Assembly (NCBI GenBank): GCA_023213395.1
Contig: CM041465.1
Span: 5,580,001-5,644,000, forward strand
Reading direction: 5' to 3'
DNA: 64,000 nt
DNA from: Cycas panzhihuaensis
Lineage: Eukaryota; Plantae; Cycadophyta
The notes under the pieces were generated by a model. It ran no database searches. It worked only from the letters and a program-made list of their open reading frames with translations, and had not been told where the DNA came from. Positions 41,308-52,681 of the stretch are shown here, piece after piece. Both the position numbers and the translations under genes were made by a program. Position 1 is the stretch's first letter. Each line of letters starts with the position of its first letter.

Positions 41308-44300
41308 TACAAGGGGGCTCCATTTCATTTTGAACTAATGTGGCAGAAACATACGGACTTGAGGGAGAGGATTCAGGACTGGTGGGGAGTCCAGGTTTAG
41401 GGTTGCGCCATGTACAGGTTCTCGAAGAAATTGAACTGGATCAAGCAACAAATTAAGGTCTGGAATAGGGAGGTCTTCAAAAATATCTTTGAGAATAAGG
41501 GTGGTTTGTTGGGGGAGCTCAAAGAGATTGAGGACAGGATCCAGATCAAAGGAAGAACCCAGGAGTTAGACTATAAGTAACTTTCCACTTCCAGAAAACT
41601 CGAGGAGGTGTTGGAAAAGGAGGAAATCTTCTGGAAACAGAAGTCCAGAGAGTAGTGGATAAGGGAAGGGGATAGAAATACTAAGTTCTTCCACCTATCT
41701 ACTTTGAGAGACAGGGCCCATAATAAGATCACTAAAATTTATAGTAGAAATGTGGTGGTATATGAGGTTAAGGACCAGATTGGTGGTATTGTGATGGATT
41801 ACTTCAAGGAGCTATACACAGAGCCAGGTTGCTAGGATCCTGCCCTTAGGGCAGCTCTCTTATAATATATCCCGAGAGTGATCTCGGAGGCCCTCAACAA
41901 AAAACTGACAGATCCCTTTACGCAGGAGGAAGTGGAAAGGGCAGTTTTTAAGATGGGCAGGGATAAGGCTTTAAGGCCAGATGGATTCCCTCCAGGATTT
42001 TTCCAAGAATACTGGGAGATAATTAAGGATGATCTAATGTTGGTGCTTAATGAATTCTGCTCAAGATGGACAATCTTGAAGGAGTGGCAGGCCACCTTCT
42101 TAGCCTTAATTCCAAAGAAGGAGAGTGTGGAAGTCATGGAAGACTTCAGACCTATCAGTTTGTGCAATGTAAAATACAAGATATTGTCCAAAGTGTTAGA
42201 AAACCGCCTGAGGGAGACCTTACCGGATGTTATTTCTCCTAATCAAGATGGTTTTGTGAAAGGTAGACAAATCTCGAACGGTATTATAATTGTCCATGAA
42301 ACCCTGCACTCGACGCTCCATCGCAAGGATGCAGGCATGATAATTAAAATAGACATGTCTAAAGCTTATGATCGGGTGGCTTGGGACTGTCTGTTGGATT
42401 GTCTCGAGGCGTTTGGTTTTGGGGAGGTATGGAGAGATTGGATGAGATGCTGTATATCTAGAGTTTCTTTCTTGGTGTTAATAAATGGTAGGTTGACTCC
42501 TTTCTTTAATGGGTTGAGGGGATTAAGGCAAGGTGACCCCCTCTCCCCCTTCTTATTCATTATCATGGCCGAAATGCTAGGTAGGGCTACTCAAGAGGCC
42601 CAGCGGTTAGGGAGGCTTTCAGGTTTGAGAGCTACCTCCAACCTAGAAAATATTGTACTCCATCAGTTTGTAGACGATAATATTTTCTTGTGCAGGGCTT
42701 CTCTGAGGGAGGCTAGGGCTTTAAAAATGGGCCTTCAGGCTTATGAAAAGGCTACAAATCAGAAAATCAATTTGGATAAAAGTCCAGCTTTCTTTATCAA
42801 CACCCCGGAGGGGCAGCAAAGAAGAATAAGTAGGATTTTGGAGATGGCCAGGGGCTCCCTCCTAGGTTCTTATCTTGGCATGCCTCTATTTATGGGTAAG
42901 ATGGGGAAGAATTTGTGGGATCCAGTAGTGAGCAAATTCAACAAGAAACTAGTGGGATGGAAAGGGGCCCTTCTCAGTTGGGCTAGGAAAATTCAACTCG
43001 TGGTGGCTTCCTTGCAGAGTATCCCAGTCTATCAGATGACGGTTTTTAAGATGCCAAGCAAGGTTATCTCCACTCTGGAGGGAATCATGAAGAGATTTCT
43101 TTGGTCAGGTGCTGAGGAAAGAAGGAGAATCCATCTAGTGTCTTGGGAGAATTTCTATAAGCCAAAGTGGGCAGGGGGTCTCAGCGTAAGAAGGTTAGGC
43201 TTTTTTAATGAAGCCCTCTTGGCTAAGACAGGGTGGAGACTCATTAAAGAGGCGGGAGTGGTCTGGGGGAGAACTTTAGCAAGGAAGTACTTGGGGGACA
43301 ACCATTTTTTATTAGAGGAGGGGCACTGCTTTGATGGCTCCGCGGTATGGAGGGCCATCAGGACTACGAGAACCTTCCTCCGCAAAGGTATGAGATGGAA
43401 ATTGGGGAACAGTGAAAGCATAAAGTTTTGGGAAGATAGATGGTGCGATCACTCTAAATTAGAGGAGCTGCCTAACATAGGTAACATGAAGAGGGAATGC
43501 TTTGCCCGCTACGGCTCGACTGTCAAAGATTACTGGGTAGGGCAAGGTAAGGAAAGGAGATGGAGATCATTTGAGGATCTGCAAGGCCTTGAGGGGGAGA
43601 TTCAAAGAGTGAGGGAGATATTAGGAAATTAGTATATTCTGAAGAGGTCTGTGTGAGACACGCTGGTTTGGCCCCCCTCATCTTCGGGCTCATATACGGT
43701 TAAAGCTGGTTATAATCTAAGGATGAGCAGGGAGGGCTGGGATAGGAATGATATACTTGCTGGGGCCTGGAAGTTAGGAATCCTTCCAAAAATAGCAGCT
43801 TTTTGGTGGTTATGCCTCCAAAATAAACTACTTACCTTGGATAATTTATCAAAAAGGGGCATTCATTTGGCTAGCAGGTGTGCGCTTTGTAAGTTGGACG
43901 TTGAAACCCTGGATCATCTAAGCATTCATTGTCCCTACTCGGTGTGTATATAGAGTAATTTTTGGTCTGGGATGGGGATAGCCTGGGTTTCATCAAAATC
44001 CCTAAAAGAACAGTAGACAGCTTGGATCCCCCCTTTCAAAAGTAAAACCCTTATCAGACTCTAGAAGATGATCCTTCCGGTTGGCTCATGGTACATATGG
44101 AAAGAATGAAATAGGAGTATCTTTGAGGCAAGAGAGAAGGACTGCCTGACCCTGATAGTGGAGATAAGAAAGGGCATCTCAAAAATGCTGGTTTTACTAA
44201 AAGGGGACAGGATTCCAAAAGGGGAAGAAGGTGTCATAAAAGAGTGGGGCATTGACCCCTTGAGGGGGGCCAGGGAGAGGAGTAGGGATGTTAAATAGCA

Positions 44301-44934
44301 TCCTCCAGATATACAATGGGGAAAAGTAAACTTCGACAGAGCGGCCAAGGGTAACCCCGGAGAGGCGAGTGGGGGTGGCCTGTGTAGGGATCACGGTGGT
44401 AATTTGAGATGGGCTTTCACAGAGTATTTAGGAGTCCAATCGAACCAGAAGGCTGAGGTGTGGGTGATGCTGAGAGCGATAACTCTGATGGACGAGGAGG
44501 AAACTCAAAAGGTGGTCATAGAGGGGGATTCAATGTATGTAATAAAATGTTTGAGGGGGGAAGCGGACCCTGGATGGGATAATGTAGATATTTTCAGGGA
44601 TGTCCAGGATATTTTGAGAACTAAAGTTGGTGTACAGATTCAACATACTTTTAGGGAAGGGAACTTGGCGTGATTACGGAAAAGCTGTACATGTCAAATA
44701 AAAGAACAAAAGTTTGGAAAGAGGAATTCCCGGAGGAGTTACTGAGACTGGTCAGGGCTGAAGCACACACAGGGGAGGTAGACTAAGGAGGATGAGTGAT
44801 TTATACTGGGCTAGACCATGGGCCTGTCATGGTCATCTTTGCTAAGCCAGTTGGCCTCGATGTACAGGGTTTGGGGACCCAGTTAAAACCCCTTTAATAT
44901 CATTTTTTACCATATCAAAAAAAAAAAAAAAAAA
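41308..44934 (+). mobile_element. 5'-truncated L1 LINE (RT, zf-RVT, RNase H, 3' UTR, poly-A) inserted in the 5' LTR of D
   Basis: Starts at the post-endonuclease PFHFELMW motif; poly-A at 44917-44936; TSD aagagctctcataat(g/a)gt at 41290-41307 and 44935-44952. Confidence 0.96.
41878..43632 (+). CDS. Largest open part of LINE ORF2: reverse transcriptase (part of pseudo-ORF ~41308-44786)
   Basis: DFRPISLCN, KIDMSKAYDRV, RGLRQGDPLSP, HQFVDD, YLGMPL; zf-RVT (CALC...HC) and RNase H follow downstream. Confidence 0.93.
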   Translation: MISEALNKKLTDPFTQEEVERAVFKMGRDKALRPDGFPPGFFQEYWEIIKDDLMLVLNEFCSRWTILKEWQATFLALIPKKESVEVMEDFRPISLCNVKYKILSKVLENRLRETLPDVISPNQDGFVKGRQISNGIIIVHETLHSTLHRKDAGMIIKIDMSKAYDRVAWDCLLDCLEAFGFGEVWRDWMRCCISRVSFLVLINGRLTPFFNGLRGLRQGDPLSPFLFIIMAEMLGRATQEAQRLGRLSGLRATSNLENIVLHQFVDDNIFLCRASLREARALKMGLQAYEKATNQKINLDKSPAFFINTPEGQQRRISRILEMARGSLLGSYLGMPLFMGKMGKNLWDPVVSKFNKKLVGWKGALLSWARKIQLVVASLQSIPVYQMTVFKMPSKVISTLEGIMKRFLWSGAEERRRIHLVSWENFYKPKWAGGLSVRRLGFFNEALLAKTGWRLIKEAGVVWGRTLARKYLGDNHFLLEEGHCFDGSAVWRAIRTTRTFLRKGMRWKLGNSESIKFWEDRWCDHSKLEELPNIGNMKRECFARYGSTVKDYWVGQGKERRWRSFEDLQGLEGEIQRVREILGN

Positions 44935-45161
44935 AAGAGCTCTCATAATAGTGAGGTAAGAATTATTTTCCCCTATTGTAATCTCACTTTATATATTAAT
45001 GAGTTAGACCCATTAGGGTTATAATTTTCTCTAATGAGATGAAATTATATATACTATACATGAAAGTATATTTCACTTAAGTGATCTAATTTAATATTCA
45101 CCTAAGAAACTTTTAGTAATAGTAAACTAATAATATGACCTTGTAACATTAACTCATTTCA

Positions 45162-47260
45162 AAATAAACATACTAAAAAAATGACAAGAAAAGAGAATAT
45201 ACTCATTCAAACTAATCATAGAGAAATTAAGTACATTAATGATGTACTAAGAAAAATTTACTATTAGTTGGCTAAATAATGAAGTAAAAACTAAAAAATC
45301 ATCTTTGATGATAGGGAATATATAATCAAGGATAAATTAAGGAATAAAGCCATAATGGTTAAGGTGTAAATGACTAATTATAGGTTGTTTAATTTAATTA
45401 TACTTCTTAGTAATTTTTATTCCTTAAAAATATGAATTAAGGTGGGTGGTGAGATATGGCATCAAAGATTTGGCCATGTAGATTATAATAATCCTACTCT
45501 AATAAAGAATATAGATATAGTAATTAGTCTACCTAATAATAAAGATAAGAAATGGATTTATAAAGGGTGTATACTAGAGAAATAACAAAGATAAGGATTC
45601 TTAAATAAAAGCTTTATAGTTAAGGGGCCACTTCAACTAATACATATAGATTTGTTTGGACTAATTAATATAATGTCCCTTGGAGGGGTAAGATATTTCA
45701 TAACTTTCATTGATGATTACTCAATGATGACCTAAATTTATTTCCTCAAGTTCAAATAGGTGGTATTCTAGTGCTTTGTCAACTTCAAAGTGATGATTGA
45801 GAGGAAAAGTAATCATAAAATTTTAACCCTTAGATCATATAATGAGCGAGAGTTTATCTCCAATAAGTTTAAGGAATATTACAAATACTATAGGATAAAA
45901 AATCAACTAATAAATCCCTACAACTCTTAATAAAATAAGGTAGCTAAAATGAAGAATAAAATAATTATTGAAATGGCTAGAAGCATGCTTAAGGATAAGT
46001 ATCTTAGGAATGAATACTAGATAGAAGTTATTCATACAACTATCTATTTATTAAATAAATATATAACTAATGTTGTGAGATGGATAACATTAAAAGAGAC
46101 TTGGTTAGGACATAAACATAGCATAAAATATTTAAATGTGTTTTGGTACATTGTATATTTACATATTTCATAATAAAAAAGGACAAATGTAAAGTGTATA
46201 TTTATTGGATATAGTGATGCCTCAAGATCCTATAAACTATACAATCTAAAATAAAGGAAAATATATATAAGTAGGGACATCATCTTCAATGAAGATAGAA
46301 TTTATTAAGAAATTATGAAAAACAATAAAGGTAGAAGTATAATAATTAATATGGAACTAAGTATAAGTGATACAAATATACCTATGAAAACTAATATAGG
46401 TGGAGCAGGACCATTTACTCTAAACTGAGTTAATAGAAGGTTCATAAATTTATCTATAGGGATCATACCCCTTAAGATATTTTAGATACAAACTTTAAGA
46501 GAAGAACTACATGATCTTAAAGTATGATAAATTTATCTTGATGACACAAGTAATGAAGAACAATGAGCCTTAATTTTTTTAAGAAATAAATACCCAAGAT
46601 GAATGGAAGTAAGCTATGAAGGAAGAATCTAATTTGAACCAAATGGGTCTATAAGACCAAGAATAGATTAGATGGATTAATTAATAAATACAAGGATTAA
46701 CTAGTTGCAATAGGACATGCATAAATATAAGGAATTAATTATAATAAGACATTCATACTTATTGTAATGATTAAAATAATTATATTGATTCTGGCCTTAA
46801 CTACATTATACAATTGGACTATACATCAAATGTATTTAAAAAATACCTTCTTAAATGGATATATAGATGAAGAAATTTATGTTTGATAACTAAAAGTTTT
46901 TAAAGTTAAAGGAAACGAAAACAAGGTCTATAGGTTGAAGAAAGTCTTATATATACTCAAACATGCACCTAGAGCATGGTACTTTATGATTATTAGTTAC
47001 TTTAAAGACAAGGGATTCCTAATAAACTAATCAGATCCCAACTTATATATTAAATTGGATGGAAAATCAATCTTAGTTATAAGATTATATATCAATGATC
47101 TTATACACAATAGGAATTGTAAATACTTATCCTAATAATTCAAACTAGATATATGCAAGGAGTTTCAAATGATATATTTAGGACTAATACATTATTTCTT
47201 AGGCATAAAGTTATGGTAAGCTAAAAAGGGAATCTTTATATCATAAAGGAAGTGTACTTT
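45162..47260 (+). pseudogene. Element G: highly decayed Ty1/copia pol fragment (gag-pre-integrase, INT, RT)
   Basis: IWHQRFGH, LIHIDLFG, YFITFIDDYS, IEMARSML, KCIFIGYS, FLNGYIDEEIYV; no LTRs found. Confidence 0.85.
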
Positions 47261-50200
47261 TATCACAACCCTCCTAGTTATTATACTCTGAATACCAATT
47301 GATATAAATCAACATACCCTTATAAACATGTATTGAATGTGATTAATATATAACAATAATACACTAAAAATTTATATTAATTATAATAATTAGTTGTATA
47401 CTAATCTTGAGTTTACAAAGGCTTTAATAAGAGTAAAACATAGTAAAATTAATATCTAAGGATGTATATAAACCCATGTTTAGAGAGTTTCTCAATATAC
47501 ATATAAAAAAAAAATTCTTTCTTTAACTAAGATTCATATGAAAATTGTGCATAACTATAACAAAGTAAGAGTATACCATGATATCAAATGTATTATAACA
47601 TAAAGTTAAAATCTTTGTAATGTGACAAGGAAGTGAAGTTGGCCAACCATATTGGAATTGAAGGATTCTCACATCTAACCAATCATAATACCATAGGAAA
47701 GCACCCTTATACTAGAGAAGATTATATGAATGAAAGAGTATTGATTTTTCCACTCTTCAAACACATAGCCCTTACCTAAGTTGTCCTATCAATAGATGCC
47801 ACAAGGCCTTTTTTAAAAGAACTCCATAGTAAAAGAAGTTGTTTCAAAGCTATTACTATTATACATAAGCATACCCTTACTAAGCATCATTAATCTTAGA
47901 TATAACAATGATCTCTTCTCATGTAATGCTTATTCTTCTAAATAGACCAATAATGTTGAGTTATTAAGGGATCCCTACAAATCCAATCTTAAAGGACTAC
48001 ATTATTATACCACACAAACAACTAATATATAGGGTGAAATTATAATTTAAGGGGAGTAACTAACTACAACCTTCCCTAACCAAGGAGAGGAACCAACTTA
48101 AACACCATTAGAATAATAGTCCAAGAAGAGCAACTAACCCAACCCCACCTCATAAGAAAACCTTTGCATATAATAATAAGAGTCTAAGGAGATAAGAAAT
48201 GTAGCTTACCCATAAAGCTTTAGAATACACTTAGTATACCCTTTCATAGGACTTAAGTAGCTTTGGAATCTAGAGTATAACTAAGGTAAGCTTCTTTTCT
48301 AAAATCTGATGGAGCAACCAACTCAACACCATGTATATGAAAAGATTAAGGAGAGTGTTACCCTATAAAGATGTAATAGTTTCAAAACATTTTATACAAT
48401 ATAAGGAAACAAATAAAGATAAGACTATACCATATTATTTTCACTACATGATCAAAGATCTAGGTCTATACTGAGCTACTCTAATATAACTGAAAATTAA
48501 TTATTTTTGTAAAAAGGCATAACACTAAGATAACAAATGATTATAAATGATATATCATATGGCATATTTGCCTATATAAGAAGGTTGGAATACTTTAATT
48601 AAATAAAAGAGTTTTTAAGTAGGGAGTATCAGTATGGGAAGTCTTCAAGTAGAAGAAGGAAGGAAAGGTTTTATATTCTCATAATTTTAATTCTTATGGA
48701 CTTAAGTCCCACATTAAACACCTTTTATACTTCAAGATGGGCTCTAAGTAAAGTAATAAGAAAGTGTTTTGTAGGAAGACTAAGAGATTAAGTGATAGGT
48801 CCTACTTTTCATGACCACTTATGTTCCCACTAATATTTTACCTATGAGATAAACATAAAGTGAAGATAAGACAAAATTGATTATCAAACAAGAAGTCTTC
48901 ACATAGGGAAAGGAATAATGAGTAACAAGCCCATAGGATGTCCTCCCATGAAATGACTCCATTTCAAAGATAATTTAGAAAAAGGGCAATGAAGTAGGAA
49001 AGTAATCTATAGGAAGAGTTAATCTAGGAATTTAAATAGATGATAAGTATTATTCTTGTAGACTACTTCCTTATGAGAAGGTCTTTCTATAAATTTCACC
49101 TCTTAAAGTGGTCATTAAAGAAAGAATTAGGGAAATGAGAACATCATTTTCAATGCCTAGAAAAGTAAGATGTTTCCTAAAATATATACCCTAAAGTAGG
49201 AAGTGGTATTCATAGGACTTCTTTCCTACAGAAAGGAAGATGTACATAATAAATAAGATTTAGATAAAGTGAACACATCCAATACTATCGTTTATAGTTA
49301 TTACCTAACTTTGGGCCATGAAGGAGAAAAATGCTCACTAAAGTGGGAATCATGGAAGTAAGGAGATCATGATATAGAGATAAGTAATAAGAGCAAGACT
49401 TCACAAAATGTTCTTGCTAATGAAAATCACTATTATTAAATAGATTACTCTTAGAGATATTTTTCACAAAAGATGACCCAACAAGGGGGTATATTTGAGG
49501 ACCAAAAAAGTATCATGTGTCAAATCTAACATAAATATTAAGAATATTCAACTTTTAATTGCTAGAATTAATTCATGAGTTGGTCTTATCTACTACTTTT
49601 CTATATCATAATTAAATATCATTAGATAATTACTCAATGTGACTACTTAATTATATGATGATTACAATAGAACTGACATTTCATAATGTTGATGGTACAT
49701 TCAACTAATAAAAAGTACATGCATGATCTTAGGAAAGGCATGAAATAAATGTTCTAGGCATCTAAATCTTGCTTTATTAATTATAAACACTAATTAATAG
49801 GAGAAAGAAGGACTCTTAACTATTCCTTTGCTCATGATTAAGTATCCTTTAGAGAGTGATTGATTAGTATAGTTTACTCCAACAAATCAAGAAAATGTCT
49901 TAGTGGGAAACTCCACATAAGATTGTGGTATGTACCAAATGAATCAGAAGACAAAGGAAGTCTAAACTATATGGTGACTTAGGAGTCCCCACATATAAAT
50001 AGTAAATTACATAGAAGAGGCATGGCTTAGAATGAGTTAGAATCTAACAAGAAATCAATCCCTTGTCAATGATTATAGTATGGAAAAGAACATGAATATG
50101 ATAAGATGAGGTCAAATGTCAACATATAAGGAGTGACCCATGAAGGTAATAATCTAGTGGTGAAGATACCTATAAGTAGAGGATGACTGGAGATCTTGGA

Positions 50201-50670
50201 ACTACCTATTCCTTCTCCTTTTCCCTATAGTGGGGTTAAGAGTAGATGAGTTGAAGTAAGGTTAGTACACAGCCCCAAACCTAGTCCTTATAAGGATACA
50301 AAAGATCAAATATATAATTATCTAAATAGAATATAGTTACTAACCATCACATTTCCTAAAGATCATTATAATAGCTATATAAGAGTTTTCTTAATAATAT
50401 TATAGTACACACGATTATTCCAACGATTGAACTTAATCTAGTAGTAATGATATTCTAGTCTCAAAGAGAAGACATTAACACATCTAAGACATCTAGTACA
50501 AAATATGTCATCTCATCAAAAAGCAAGGCATTCCTTGGGTATAATAGTTGTTGATCGATGGAGTAGTAGCAAAGATGCAAGTTGTCACTAGAGATATTTT
50601 ACTCCCACTTGTCATTTAAATAGAAAAGACCCTTGATATGAGACATTACACTATAAATAGATATTCCTAG
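47261..50670. mobile_element. Probable decayed LTR-retroelement sequence truncating G
   Basis: Begins abruptly with tatcacaaccc, resembling a TGTCACAACCC LTR terminus; no coding motif or partner LTR recognised; right end uncertain. Confidence 0.35.
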
Positions 50671-52681
50671 GAAGGATATTATTAGAAGTAATGTTTAATA
50701 GGTTAATATTAATGTTAAGATATCCCCCTAACTCTCTCATGGAATATTAAATTAGTTTTCTAAGATATGTATAAGATGGTACACACATATTCATGTATTT
50801 ATGCTATTAGTGGATATAGGGATTCTCACATGTAATTGGATAATGATGAGGTGATATGTACTATAAGTATATATTCATACCTAATGAAATAATTAGAGAT
50901 GATCATTTCCCATAAGCTTTATTGTCTTATATGTTTATATATACTTAATTCTTTTATTTATTTATTTATTTATTATTTACATCTGTTATCACCTCATGTA
51001 TATGCATTTTATTATATATTCATATATCTAAGAGTGTTATTTTCAATATGGTATTAGAGCAAGATAGTATAATCCTATGAAGTAGATCAGAGTAGGAAGA
51101 TTAAAAAGACCTCACTAAGGACACTTCAATCAAAGGTTTATAGAAAATAAAAGCCAAGATTAGCCTGCATTTAAGAAGAAGATATGATCATGATATATGG
51201 ACATCAATGATAAAGCCAATATGAGCTAGAATTAAAGATTATAATTATGTTTAGTGAGTTTGATCCATATGTGGATGCTTATTTATGTATATGTCACCTA
51301 TATTAAACATGCAAGGCTGCTATGGTAAGTCCACAAGTATCAATTAATTTCCTACCATGATTTTTAATATCATTATTGAGTAAACCTAACTAGATGTGCT
51401 ATCGTATATGCAAGTTAGTGGGCACACCACATTAGTAATGCATATTGTAATTAAATATTAAACCCTAACTATTTGAAGGTTAGTGATGATACTTTATAAA
51501 AATATTATGGTAAGTATTATTTTTGTAGGATTGAAATAAGGGTTTGACAGGTTTATTGGGTAAAACTCAAGGGTTTTAATAGACCAACTTATATAGAAAA
51601 ATATATGTGGTGATGCTACCATGGAAAAAATACGCCATCAAATGGATGCTTAAAAAAAAGCCCTAGTCTTTAGAGGAATCTAAGATTATAAATCTAAAGA
51701 TGATTAATAATGAAAGAGCCATAGTTCTTTATGTTATTTACAAGATGTTAAGAGAGAGATGTATAGAGAAGTAGGTATCTCTATCGATGAATGGTGTGAT
51801 CATGTTGATGTTATTTATAAGCATCCTATCTTTTGCATTATTAGTCCATTTGTGTATGCTACTAGGTGTAAATGAAGAATAAAGATGGCATATTCAATAT
51901 TCCATAATGAGGTTTTGTATCATTGGTATACCATAGAGTGGCACATTAGATGAAAAGAGTGGATCTATCCTTCATCTCCATGTACTAAGCACAAAAGCAA
52001 ACATGGGAGCAAGAGACACTTGAAAGAAAGAAAGTAGCTCTCACAAAATGGGGAGGTAAGAATAAATTTCCTCCATTGAGCTTTTACTTTTATATTAAGA
52101 GAGGGAGCATTAGAGTTAGGTGAAATGAAATTACACATAATGCACATGAAAGTGCATTTCACTTAAGTGATCTAATTTAAAGTTCACTTAAGACCCTTTT
52201 GTGTAATAATCAACTAATGTAATGACCTTATGTGATTAACCCTTTTCAATCTCCCCCTTAATGGTAGAAGGTCATTTCATCCTATTTTATTCTATCCTAT
52301 GAGGTCTTCATTTGAGCCTCTTATAAAGCAAACTATTATGACACTTTTGTGGGAAACCCTCATGGGGAAGAAAACCCACAAATTTTCTAATCTACTAACC
52401 TGGCTCAGGCGGCTCATTAAATGTAGTCGGATAGCCAATTGGTACAATGAATTTTGTAGCTAAAATCTACTAAGTCTTCATATACCATTTGGTCATCCCC
52501 CGTGCCCTTTTGAGTTTTCATAGGTTTTGATTTTCCAAAATGATACAACCCTTATCCTTTGGCTCCCACATGAGATTTTCATGAATGGGATAGAGCAGAG
52601 ACTTACTCTTGTCCTTCCGTACCCACAAGGGGCTTTCACGAATGAGACAGAGTATGATGGTCTTATTTTCATCTCTTTCAA

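Larger units (their letters stand above)
29458..45161 (-). mobile_element. Element D: old Ty1/copia (same family as E) hosting four nested insertions
   Basis: 3' LTR 29458-29763; 5' LTR 41246-41307 + 44953-45161; PBS 41232-41243; perfect TSD aaata/aaata; colinear with E. Confidence 0.93.

Noticed and set aside
42660-42680. FVDD instead of FADD in both LINE RTs as a family novelty
   Set aside because: GTA/GTC can arise independently from GCA/GCC by the prevalent C->T decay; undecidable here
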